The translations under genes were made by a program, and so were the position numbers. The notes under the pieces were generated by a model. The model made no database searches. It was not told the origin of the DNA and was given only the letters and a program-made list of their open reading frames with translations. From an uncultured delta proteobacterium (GTDB lineage Bacteria; Desulfobacterota; Syntrophia; Syntrophales; Smithellaceae): a DNA stretch of 64,000 nt. Below are positions 12,423 through 21,481 of the stretch, in pieces. The DNA lies in NCBI GenBank assembly GCA_963753975.1, contig CAVWEH010000001.1, forward strand, positions 96,001 to 160,000, in the 5' to 3' direction. Within the stretch, counting starts at the first letter, position 1. Each line of letters begins with the position of its first letter.

Positions 12423-13886
12423 ATGATAGATATCAAATCGAAATCGTTATTACGTAAATTTTCCATTATATTTGTCGGAGTTGCTTTAATCCCCTTCATT
12501 ATTCTTTTTTTTCTTCATTCACTCTATGATGAAAGTCACAGATTTATTCAAATATTGGATGCTCATTTCAGTTTGATAATAGGTATTATCGGAATAATCT
12601 CCATACTCGGTTTTTTTGGCATGCGCATGATGGTCAAAAAAATTATTTTATTAACAGAGACTGTAAGAGAAGCGGTAATAGATAAAAAAACAATGTTGGA
12701 ATTGGCGGAAGACGAAGGCGAGATAGGCGAATTAGCCAAATCATTTTTTTATGCTTTGAAGAGCGTTGACCAAAGAGAGCAACAACCTAAAGAAACAAAA
12801 AAAATAATATATGATGTTCTGAAGAAGGCGAGTGAGGTTCTTGCCGTAGTAAATAATTATGATAATTTAATTAACCTGGTATTGGAAACAACCACTGTTG
12901 CCTTAGGCGCAAAACAGGGTGCGTTGTTTTCTGCCTTGGAAACAACCGCTGACGCATCAGGTGCACAGCAGGGTGCATTGTTCCCTGCCGAGGACAACCG
13001 CTATACATTAAAAGCATGGGTAGGCAATCATAATGTCACGCCGGAACATGTTATGGAAACTGCACAATCCTATCTTGATCAGGTGGCAAGCCATAAGAGG
13101 CCCTTTTTAATAACTGCAAAAGAAAAAAACAAGCAATCGGATAAATTACTTATCCCGCCTTTAGTGTTTTCACCTTTAATTTATAGTGAAAAATTATTGG
13201 GAGTGCTTTGTTTTTGTGGAAATGGTTATTGGAATAAATTTTCTAATGACCATATGGTCGTTGTGTTGAATTTGAGTCATCAACTTGCTGTTTCTCTGGA
13301 AAATGCAAAAATAAATAAAGATTCAGATCAAACTTACTTCGAAACGCTGGCAGCTCTGGCTCTGGCGACGGAGGCAAGAGATCCTTATTCCCGGGGGCAT
13401 TCCGGTCGTGTCGGCAAGACTGCGCAAAAAATCGGGGAATTAATGGGTTTGCCGGCGGAAGATATTAAAGCTCTGCGGGATGCTTCTATGTTACATGATA
13501 TCGGCAAGATAGCAATTATGCACGATATATTTATCAAGCAAGGTAAGGTCAGTGAAGAAGAGAAATATGTCATGAGAAATCATCCCGTCATTGGCGAGAG
13601 TATTGTATCGCACCTGCAGACATATAAGCATATTTTGGATCCTATCAGGCATCATCATGAACAACTCGACGGAAGTGGATATCCCGACGGCCTTAAAAAC
13701 GGGGAGATATCAACGATCACGAGTATTCTGACCATTGCCGATCTATTCGATATTTTTATGGAGAATCGCTCCTATAGATCAGGAATGAATCTTGAAGATG
13801 CGATGAAAGAACTCGATAATCTCGTTATAGCCGGAAAAATAGATAAAGATGTAGTGGATAGTCTTTATCATATCTATTATTCATAA
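12423..13886 (+). CDS. Membrane-anchored GAF/HD-GYP protein (putative c-di-GMP phosphodiesterase)
   Basis: Two N-terminal TM segments, HAMP-like EIGELA, GHSGRV, HDIGK, HHEQLDGSGYPDGL. Confidence 0.88.
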   Translation: MIDIKSKSLLRKFSIIFVGVALIPFIILFFLHSLYDESHRFIQILDAHFSLIIGIIGIISILGFFGMRMMVKKIILLTETVREAVIDKKTMLELAEDEGEIGELAKSFFYALKSVDQREQQPKETKKIIYDVLKKASEVLAVVNNYDNLINLVLETTTVALGAKQGALFSALETTADASGAQQGALFPAEDNRYTLKAWVGNHNVTPEHVMETAQSYLDQVASHKRPFLITAKEKNKQSDKLLIPPLVFSPLIYSEKLLGVLCFCGNGYWNKFSNDHMVVVLNLSHQLAVSLENAKINKDSDQTYFETLAALALATEARDPYSRGHSGRVGKTAQKIGELMGLPAEDIKALRDASMLHDIGKIAIMHDIFIKQGKVSEEEKYVMRNHPVIGESIVSHLQTYKHILDPIRHHHEQLDGSGYPDGLKNGEISTITSILTIADLFDIFMENRSYRSGMNLEDAMKELDNLVIAGKIDKDVVDSLYHIYYS

Positions 13887-14107
13887 GGAAAGCGGGGAAC
13901 AAATATCGGGGACTTTTCTTAATGCTTACAATCTTCCAACACTTTTAATTATCCTACACCGTTTATTTGCAGGCGATGCAGCAAGCACTTCTTCCTGCAA
14001 TCCATAAATCGTCAACCTCGACGAAAATGCAGGGCTTCAAACGATAATCATTAGTAATTACGGAAAGCAATCACGCGGGAAAAACATCACGGCCTCCTGA
14101 CCTTTCT

Positions 14108-14578
14108 GTGGGTCTGTTATTTTCCGGTGCGATCCTTTTCATCATCTTTCTTGCACTTTTGTCCGACAAACTTCTGAGCTTACACGCCTGGCCGCCAACA
14201 CCTACAAACCTTGTTCTGTCCATACCCCTGCTTGCGGCCGGAATCTGGCTTTGGCTACGGTCTGTATTGACATTTTTCACATCCAGAGGTACACCAGTGC
14301 CCCTGAGCCCGCCCCCAAAGCTTGTCGACACCGGACCTTATGCCTACTCGAGAAACCCCATGCTCTCTGGGCTCTTTCTTATGCTCTTCGGCATCGGCTT
14401 TCTGTCTCAGTCGGTCTCGCTGGTCATCATATATACGCCACTATTTATAATGATTGCCTTTCTTGAATTCAAGATGATCGAAGAGCCGGAACTGGAAAAA
14501 CGTATTGGCGCATCATATGTAGAATACGGGAAAAAGGTCTCCATGTTCTTCCCGTATCCGGGTCACGGCAAACACTGA
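14108..14578 (+). CDS. Isoprenylcysteine carboxyl methyltransferase / PEMT-family membrane protein (start uncertain)
   Basis: GTPVP...LVDTGPYAYSRNPM...EEPEL. Confidence 0.85.
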   Translation: MGLLFSGAILFIIFLALLSDKLLSLHAWPPTPTNLVLSIPLLAAGIWLWLRSVLTFFTSRGTPVPLSPPPKLVDTGPYAYSRNPMLSGLFLMLFGIGFLSQSVSLVIIYTPLFIMIAFLEFKMIEEPELEKRIGASYVEYGKKVSMFFPYPGHGKH

Positions 14579-14674
14579 TTTTCTTTAAAGGACTCTAACT
14601 CCCTTTAAGGAAAGAAAATTTTAACCAAAAAATACTGAAAGAGAATATACTTATTCTAACGGAGGACCAAAACA

Positions 14675-14914
14675 ATGAAAAACAAAAAAGGTATCTCGAA
14701 GTTAGTTTTGTTTGTGATAATCGTAATAATCATAGTTGCTGCGATTTACTGGGCCAAGTATTTTGCCAAACCAATGGCCACAGTTATGATGGGCGGTGCA
14801 GAGCAAGCCCAGCCGGCTATTGAAAAAGCCAAACAGTCCAGGGATGCGATGAACAGAGTCACTCAAGCCACCGAAGAAACGGCGAGAAAAGCAAGCGAAG
14901 ATGCGGAGAAGTAG
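14675..14914 (+). CDS. Small single-TM hypothetical protein
   Basis: GGAGG RBS, basic N-terminus, hydrophobic helix. Confidence 0.7.
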   Translation: MKNKKGISKLVLFVIIVIIIVAAIYWAKYFAKPMATVMMGGAEQAQPAIEKAKQSRDAMNRVTQATEETARKASEDAEK

Positions 14915-15167
14915 CGGGACGGTATTAATTTTTCAAGGTAATGATAAATATGGCCTAGCCTTTTATAGTAAAAATTGTTTCGATATTTTTAAGAAAAAGC
15001 GCATAATCTTAGAAATATTCTTTCTAGCATTTAGAAACTCGGCCATGCTCAAATTTGTTAAGCAGCTGGGCTTTGTAGAAACTAATATCCCTGACGATCC
15101 GTCAATTCTGCTGGTTACAAAAAACATCTGATGGATTAGCAGGATTAACTTTAATCGGAGGAAATGC

Positions 15168-15356
15168 ATGAAAGAGAAATGTATGGGAAATTGGCCGGGA
15201 ATGGGGCTGATCTTGGCGGGTGCGATTGTTTTTTTGGTGGGGGTGACCATCATATTATTTAAAGAGTTTAATATTCCGCGTTACTGGATACCGGCAGTCA
15301 TTGGAGTAGTGCTCATAGTGGCCGGAGTCATTGTATACAGAATAAAGCGCGTGTGA
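15168..15356 (+). CDS. Small two-TM hypothetical protein
   Basis: GGAGG RBS, two hydrophobic helices. Confidence 0.6.
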   Translation: MKEKCMGNWPGMGLILAGAIVFLVGVTIILFKEFNIPRYWIPAVIGVVLIVAGVIVYRIKRV

Positions 15357-15370
15357 TCAGCAGGAATCTT

Positions 15371-15493
15371 GTGGTGCTGATGGGGATGGTTATCATAAAG
15401 GACACGGGGCATGCCCCGATGATGGAGAAGCCTGAAGAAACAGCGAAGGCCTATCTAAGTTTCCTGCAAGAAGAAAAAATGAATATTTTTTAG
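15371..15493 (+). pseudogene. C-terminal remnant of an alpha/beta-hydrolase
   Basis: Translates VIIKDTGHAPMMEKPEETAKAYLSFL, the typical catalytic-His end of the fold; no N-terminal part present. Confidence 0.6.
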
Positions 15494-15570
15494 GTGATTG
15501 CAAATTATGAGACTTGGTTAAAGGCAAGGGCATCTCGTAAATAAATTATTGAAATATAAAGAAATATGCC

Positions 15571-15599
15571 TTGACTTTGCATAAAGAGCAGAGTATGTT
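15571..15599 (+). promoter_or_regulatory. Putative sigma70 promoter of the cold-shock gene
   Basis: TTGACT-17 nt-TATGTT about 180 nt upstream of the ATG. Confidence 0.5.
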
Positions 15600-15778
15600 C
15601 CCTGCATATCTTGTACCTTGCTATGGTCTTAAGTCAGTGCGGTACAGTTAAAGTTGAGTTATGACAATTTGAAGTGCAAAGGCGGCCACCGTGCTCTTTA
15701 GAGTCTCGGTGGCTTTTTTATTTCTGTCATATTGGTAATTCGACTTTTGGTAAATTTTAAGAAAGGAGGATACTAATT

Positions 15779-15979
15779 ATGTCAGAAGGTAAAGTAAAAT
15801 GGTTTAACGAGAGTAAAGGTTTTGGATTTATCGAGAAGAGTGACGGTGGGGACATTTTCGTCCATTTCAGCGCCATTCAAGCCAGTGGATTCAAGACCTT
15901 AACCGAAGGCCAGGCTGTAAGTTTCGATATTGTTCAGGGCAATAAAGGTCCTGCAGCAGAAAACGTGAAACCCTGCTAA
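15779..15979 (+). CDS. Cold-shock protein (CspA family)
   Basis: [32 protein letters not shown]. Confidence 0.97.
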   Translation: MSEGKVKWFNESKGFGFIEKSDGGDIFVHFSAIQASGFKTLTEGQAVSFDIVQGNKGPAAENVKPC

Positions 15980-15997
15980 TTAAACCTGGGTAAAAGA

Positions 15998-16046
15998 AGA
16001 GGCGCTCCATCAACGATATTGTATTGTGGAGCGCCTCTCCATTTTC
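15998..16046 (+). terminator. Hairpin downstream of the cold-shock gene
   Basis: AGAGGCGCTCCA/TGGAGCGCCTCT 12-bp stem with a short T tract. Confidence 0.55.
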
Positions 16047-16094
16047 AGCATATTCTGTAACGTTTGAAAGAAAGACAAAAAGAGGAGTTTAAAA

Positions 16095-16274
16095 ATGGCA
16101 AAGTCCATGTACAACTTTGGCAAACAGGCCAAAGAAAAAGCAAGGCAGCAGAAACAAATGGATAAGACTGCAAAGCGCATGCTGGCGAAACAGCGGAAAG
16201 CTGATATAAAAACGCACACTCCGAACGCAGGCTCAGATATAGCTGAACCGCGAACCAGTGGAGGAGATCGTTAA
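16095..16274 (+). CDS. Small basic hypothetical protein (59 aa, absent from the ORF track)
   Basis: GAGGAG RBS; MAKSMYNFGKQAKEKARQQKQMDK... Confidence 0.7.
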   Translation: MAKSMYNFGKQAKEKARQQKQMDKTAKRMLAKQRKADIKTHTPNAGSDIAEPRTSGGDR

Positions 16275-16330
16275 AGACACAGCATAACTTTTGTTTGTTT
16301 TCAGGATTGTAAACCTGAAGGTGAGTAGAA

Positions 16331-16738
16331 ATGACTGAAGATATTTTAGACTACTGGACCAGACTTATAAAGACAATTTTCCCGGAGAACGCCTGGATAA
16401 CTTCTCGTTTTTTCAAAAATGATTGTTTAATAAATATCGATTGGAATGTAAAAAATGATCCGAAGAACCCAAACAAGCGTTCCAAAAGGATTGAGATAAT
16501 AATAAAAAGCGATGCACTGGAAAATTATCTCGACAAGAACAAGAAAGATCGCGAATTATCCGACATCGTGCTGAAAGAATTTATTCACGAACAGTATAAC
16601 CATTTTAGTTCCAATTATGATATTAGCACCAGCCAATATGTTCCGAAGGAAAAGTGGTTAATCTCCCGGGATGTACTTAATTGCAAGCCTTCATTTGACA
16701 CACCCCCTATAGATCAAGTCAAATCAATTTATCAATAA
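16331..16738 (+). CDS. Hypothetical protein
   Basis: 135-aa ORF, AAGGTGAG upstream, no recognised motif. Confidence 0.65.
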   Translation: MTEDILDYWTRLIKTIFPENAWITSRFFKNDCLINIDWNVKNDPKNPNKRSKRIEIIIKSDALENYLDKNKKDRELSDIVLKEFIHEQYNHFSSNYDISTSQYVPKEKWLISRDVLNCKPSFDTPPIDQVKSIYQ

Positions 16739-16814
16739 CAATGGTGATGATGAAGAGCGCGGACTTCTGCTCGAATTCATTGAAATCTGCCCTTAATAAA
16801 TTCATCCGATGTCG

Positions 16815-16843
16815 TTGACATCTCCCCAATTCAGGCATATATA
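16815..16843 (+). promoter_or_regulatory. Putative sigma70 promoter
   Basis: TTGACA-17 nt-TATATA upstream of the 16955 ORF. Confidence 0.45.
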
Positions 16844-16954
16844 AACATGAAAAGTATCAAATTCATTGTTTCGGGCTTGGATAATGTTTAGGCGGAGTGT
16901 TATCAAAGCTTTCCGACAAATACTCTTAACTCGTTCGCAGAAAGGAGTCTTACA

Positions 16955-17110
16955 ATGAACCTACCTAAGAATCTCGGCATACTCTTGTTGGGTATCTGGC
17001 TTATCATCTATGGGCTGATGCAACTGCTGAGTCTCAGTTTTTACGGACTCGGTGTACTCATGGCCATCTTCGCAATCGTTATAGGTATTTTGCTCATAAT
17101 GAAGCGATAG
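16955..17110 (+). CDS. Small two-TM membrane protein (51 aa, absent from the ORF track)
   Basis: AAGGAG RBS; MNLPKNLGILLLGIWLIIYGLMQLLSLSFYGLGVLMAIFAIVIGILLIMKR. Confidence 0.75.
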   Translation: MNLPKNLGILLLGIWLIIYGLMQLLSLSFYGLGVLMAIFAIVIGILLIMKR

Positions 17111-17286
17111 GCCGGAAGGATATCGGCGTCCTTTGAAATATAGGGGAATAGGACGGTCGTCCCGTTTATTTCTTCTGTGCAGAAGCTTAAAAACCACACG
17201 TTGCATGTTGCAACGGCAAAAGCCCAGTCCCAAGAAAAAGACAAAAAAGGTGAATTAAGTGTTATGTCCCCCGAATTCACGTTGAC

Positions 17287-18099
17287 CTAATAATTAGTAA
17301 TAACTAATTCATTTACTTTATGCCTGAAAGACTTACATGTGATCCATCTAGTTACCGGCAATATCGATATGTTCCAACCTTTATACAGATTATGTATTAG
17401 AGGGATATCCGCATTAGAAATCATAACTCGACAACCCAGTCGGCTCATTTGATTAGCTATTGCAGATACATTTATTTGATCTTCTTTGCCAAATCTTTCT
17501 TTAGTATAATGAGTAAAAAAGGAAGTTCCATTAAGGGGAGGGTATGGGGGGTCTAGATATACAAAATCTCCTTTCTTCACCTTTATTAATATCTTTTCAT
17601 AAGAGCATGCATTGAGCTTTGCCCTTTTAAGCAATGCGCTGACTGATCTCAGTGTTTCAAGAGATGGGAAAGTTGGTTTTTCTTTCTTCCCGAAAGGAAC
17701 ATTATAGAAGCCACTGCTATTTACACGGAATATGCCATTATACGATGTCTTATTGAGATATATAAAACGAGCTGCTTGTTTAATTGATTTCTGTGATTTA
17801 TTGTAATCTTCTCTGACTTTATAATACTCTACTGAATTAGTGTGCTCGATCAATCTTTTGAGGTAGAATGCCACTTTATCTGGATAGTCGCGTACCATTT
17901 GATAGCACTCTACAAGGTGACTATTGGAATCAGACAAAATAGCTTTACTTGGTGATAGAGCAAAAAAAATGGATCCCCCACCTAAAAACGGTTCCCAATA
18001 AGTATATTCCTTCAAGTCTTTGGGTAGATATGTAATAAGACGTTTGGCATGATGGACTTTTCCTCCAGCCCAGCTCAGAAAAGCTTGCAATTCTGTCAC
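17287..18099 (-). CDS. Dam-family (D12 class) N6-adenine DNA methyltransferase
   Basis: FLSWAGGK, YWEPFLGGGS, YLNKTSYNGIFRVN, FVYLDPPY. Confidence 0.95.
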   Translation of the reverse strand: MTELQAFLSWAGGKVHHAKRLITYLPKDLKEYTYWEPFLGGGSIFFALSPSKAILSDSNSHLVECYQMVRDYPDKVAFYLKRLIEHTNSVEYYKVREDYNKSQKSIKQAARFIYLNKTSYNGIFRVNSSGFYNVPFGKKEKPTFPSLETLRSVSALLKRAKLNACSYEKILIKVKKGDFVYLDPPYPPLNGTSFFTHYTKERFGKEDQINVSAIANQMSRLGCRVMISNADIPLIHNLYKGWNISILPVTRWITCKSFRHKVNELVITNY

Positions 18100-18140
18100 C
18101 TTAATAATTTAACATTTAATATTTTTTATATATTTTACGA

Positions 18141-20553
18141 TCATTCTTCATCCTGAATTCCAAGAGCTTTATTTCTCCTTTGGTAAAATTCGTATTTGAT
18201 GAACTTCATAAACTCATAATCCTGTTCATCGTATGCACGAGTAGGACTTGGATGAGCAGGTATTTTCCTTATTTCATTAAACGTCTTCATCCAATCCAGA
18301 TAGTATGTTTTACCCTTTTCACCAGATAACGGTATGTTAAATACATTTTCAAAGAGGGGCCAATTATTCTTTTGTCTGATAATGTGCATTAAATCTAATA
18401 TGTCAAGATAAGCCTCTTTGGGGAGTTTTTTGTCTGCAGTAGCAGCGAGTTGTCGTTTGTATGCTTCTTCCTTTGTTGGCACACTTTCAATCCCTTTTTC
18501 CCAATAAGCTTTTTCTCCAGACTTCTCTTCCGTAATTCCATAATGTTTTTTTAAGACATCAATCACATATACCAATATATCTTGAGATAACTTGATAACA
18601 TCTTTATGAGTTTGGCTGATGCGTTCATCAGATCTCTGTACAAGTCTCTGCTTAAATTCCTCCGATCCAAAATCATTGAAGTCTTTATTAATTATCTCGC
18701 ATAGGTTGTCGGTATATTCTTTGACACCACCTTCTCCAAATTTTCGTCCAAATTTTTCATAAATATCTGCATCTGATGCAGTCTTTATAAAACTCAATAC
18801 TGATTTAGCAATTTTCTCTATATGGTTAATCAATATTTCTTCGTTAGTTGTAGGGGGATCGATGACTTGTTTAAGCTCCAAGTATCTAATAATTTCTGTG
18901 AGCAACATAAGGTGGGCTCTGATTCCAGGATTTGTAGATATATAGCCACTTCGAGCTGCTTCCCAACGATTTGGATTCGAATCTCTAATTTTTAGGAAGT
19001 ACGAATTTAAAACGCTACGGGCGCGCATAATTGTTTTTTCATCTGTTTCAGCGCTTAAAGCGCCCGTTGCGAAATTTTTATGGATTCTGACGCCCTAAAA
19101 GACCAGATCTTGTTAATCCATTTACTATTTCAGGAATAGTCAAACTCTGGTTCTCCTTAGCAACAACACCCTGAATGGCAAAACGTTGGAAGAGTGGACT
19201 TGTGGGGTCACTGTTCAGAGATTTTACTAAGCGAGATGATAATGCCGCTAATCGTTCTTTTGGATCGGCTGAACCCCATTTGAGGTCAGATTGTAATGAT
19301 ACTATAACGCTTCTCTGTACCGTTTTTTGCTTCTGATTAATTGTAATAAACAAATCTGCTTCTGTTTTTATGCCCATCTCTTCAAATGCTATTATAGCTA
19401 TACTCTGGTTCCAGAATTTATCTTCCTCAAGGTGAGAATAACCATAAAGCCTATGCTGACCATCTATAATCCATGCTGACTTATATTTGTTTGGGAGATA
19501 AAGCCAACCAAACTTTATTTTAGGGTCAGTGTTCTCTTTATTTGGTAGTAAATCAAATCGACATTTTTCTGTAAAATTGAGGAGCAAGTTTGTTGGAAAA
19601 TAACCACCTTTTTCAATAAATTTACCAATATCCTTTATTCGATTTGGTGATATCATTCTTTGGTATGCTGGCCGGCCATCGGGGTGATTTAATGCTTGAT
19701 GGTTAATGAATGCTATTTTTAGTAGAACTCGGGGTGTAGTAATAAAGCTATAAAATTTATGCCCTCCCAAACTACCTCGTTTTGCCGCCACTTTTTCATT
19801 TGAGAGACCCGGAATTACTTGACCTTGAAGAAATTCTGAAAGGAATTGGAAACGTCCAGCGGGTCCCATATGTCGAATAAACGAATCAAAGTATTGGAAC
19901 TCATTTTCAGTCACGATCCTGACATTTATTGCAGAAGCCCTTTCAATATCGGGATCAGACCAGATAATATTATTTGTAACATAGAGCCATATAATTTTAG
20001 GCTTGAAATCATGTCCATAATGTTTACAAATTGAATCAGCCAAGTATTTTTGAAGTGATTCAGTTTCGTGCAAATCTTTTTGTAAAGATCTCCTGCCTCG
20101 CACCTCCTTTGATTTGCATTCGGCTACAATAACTGTTTCATCATCCTTTGCAAATACGTCTATTTTTTTTTCACCAAGAGTCCCATCACGTCTTTTAAAA
20201 CGTATTGTAAAGTTATTTCCACCAAGATGGGGATATCCCATTCTATAAAATAAACACCATACTTGATCTTCAAGAAGAGTATTATGTAATTTTAATCGTT
20301 TAAGACGAACTTTTTTGTTACCGCCTTTATGTACTTCCCACCCATCATCTTCGTATTGTTGTTGATCTGCAGGATGAATGATTTTATATACATAACTATC
20401 ACGGCGCTTGGTATAAGCTGACTTTAACTGAGCTTTATCTTTGATTAAAGGACATAAATTATCTTGAATAGGTCTTCTATCTGGATAATTTGAGAATGAT
20501 TGCGCAGCGAGAACCTTGGCTTTGTCCTTTGGTTTGCTACTTGCTGATGACAT
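18141..20553 (-). CDS. DGQHR (DndB-like) domain protein with N-terminal PD-(D/E)XK-like and C-terminal HEPN-like regions; about 803 aa after correcting one +1 frameshift near 19089
   Basis: IDVFAKD...AECKS; YQRM...FPTN...IIDGQHRLYG; FNEIRKIPAHP; removing one base joins ...GLLGR to RIHKNFATGALSAETDEKTIMRAR. Confidence 0.85.
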
Positions 20554-21024
20554 AAGAACCTCCTTTTCTCAAATATCTTAGGATTAGGAAGGAGCATTTA
20601 AAAAAATTTTTTATATTGTCATCTTCATATACGCTTAGTCTACTGACTTTCTTGAATATGGTTTCTTTTGCGCCATCATTTATGTTCTTCATTGTAGGTA
20701 AATCCAACGTTCGGGATATATCAAACGCGTGCTTTTGCCAGATTATCAAAGAACGTGTTCCAGATCAGGTCTTGAAATAGAAGCTTTCCTGCTTGCAGTA
20801 GGCATTAAACTATCCAATTAATTGCGGATAATATTACAACTTCCAAAGAACAATGCAACTGTTATTAACAGTATCGTCACAGATGAAGGTGGCGCGTGGC
20901 AAAACGCTGGGCAGTGCCAGTTATTTCTTATTGCCCATTCATTTTAGTGATTTCCGTTTTTGTCTCCTCATTCAGAAATTTACATAATTGGTGTCTAGCG
21001 ATGTTCGGTGGCATTAATTTCCGG

Positions 21025-21372
21025 TTATTCGACAATTTTGAGTTTCAGAGTCTTCGCGGCATCTTCCAATGATCCAAGATTGACGACATCTTTGTATCCC
21101 AGTTTCTCCAGGGCTTCTTTGGCAATTTGCGCTCGATGTCCGGTTCTACAGTATACATAGATCCTCTGCGACTTATCTTGGACAACGTCGCCAATTTTTT
21201 CACCGATCTCTTTGTAGGGGATCCGGATGGCGCCATCAAGATGACCGAAATTCCACTCCCAGGCAGTTCTGACGTCAATAATGACAGGCTTGGCCGCGTC
21301 ACCGCCAAACGTAGTCGTTGCAAAACTGGCAATCATTATGATTATCAATGCCAGGCAAAGTATTTTTTTCAT
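21025..21372 (-). CDS. Exported rhodanese-like domain protein
   Basis: Signal peptide, IIDVRT..E...GHLDGA, VYCRTGHRA. Confidence 0.9.
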   Translation of the reverse strand: MKKILCLALIIIMIASFATTTFGGDAAKPVIIDVRTAWEWNFGHLDGAIRIPYKEIGEKIGDVVQDKSQRIYVYCRTGHRAQIAKEALEKLGYKDVVNLGSLEDAAKTLKLKIVE

Positions 21373-21431
21373 GTCTCCCCCTTTTTTATGGCCGATAATT
21401 TTCTATTTAAAATATTGGATGAGTCAAACGG

Positions 21432-21475
21432 TATCTCTCTGACCCTCCCCCGGAAGGAGAAGAGTCAGAGAGATA
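21432..21475. other. Intergenic hairpin between the AsmA and rhodanese genes
   Basis: TATCTCTCTGAC/GTCAGAGAGATA 12-bp stem. Confidence 0.55.
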
Positions 21476-21481
21476 ATGAGT

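Noticed and set aside
14675..14914. Type IV pilin (KKG/ISKLV)
   Set aside because: It lacks Glu at +5 and there are no pilus genes nearby.
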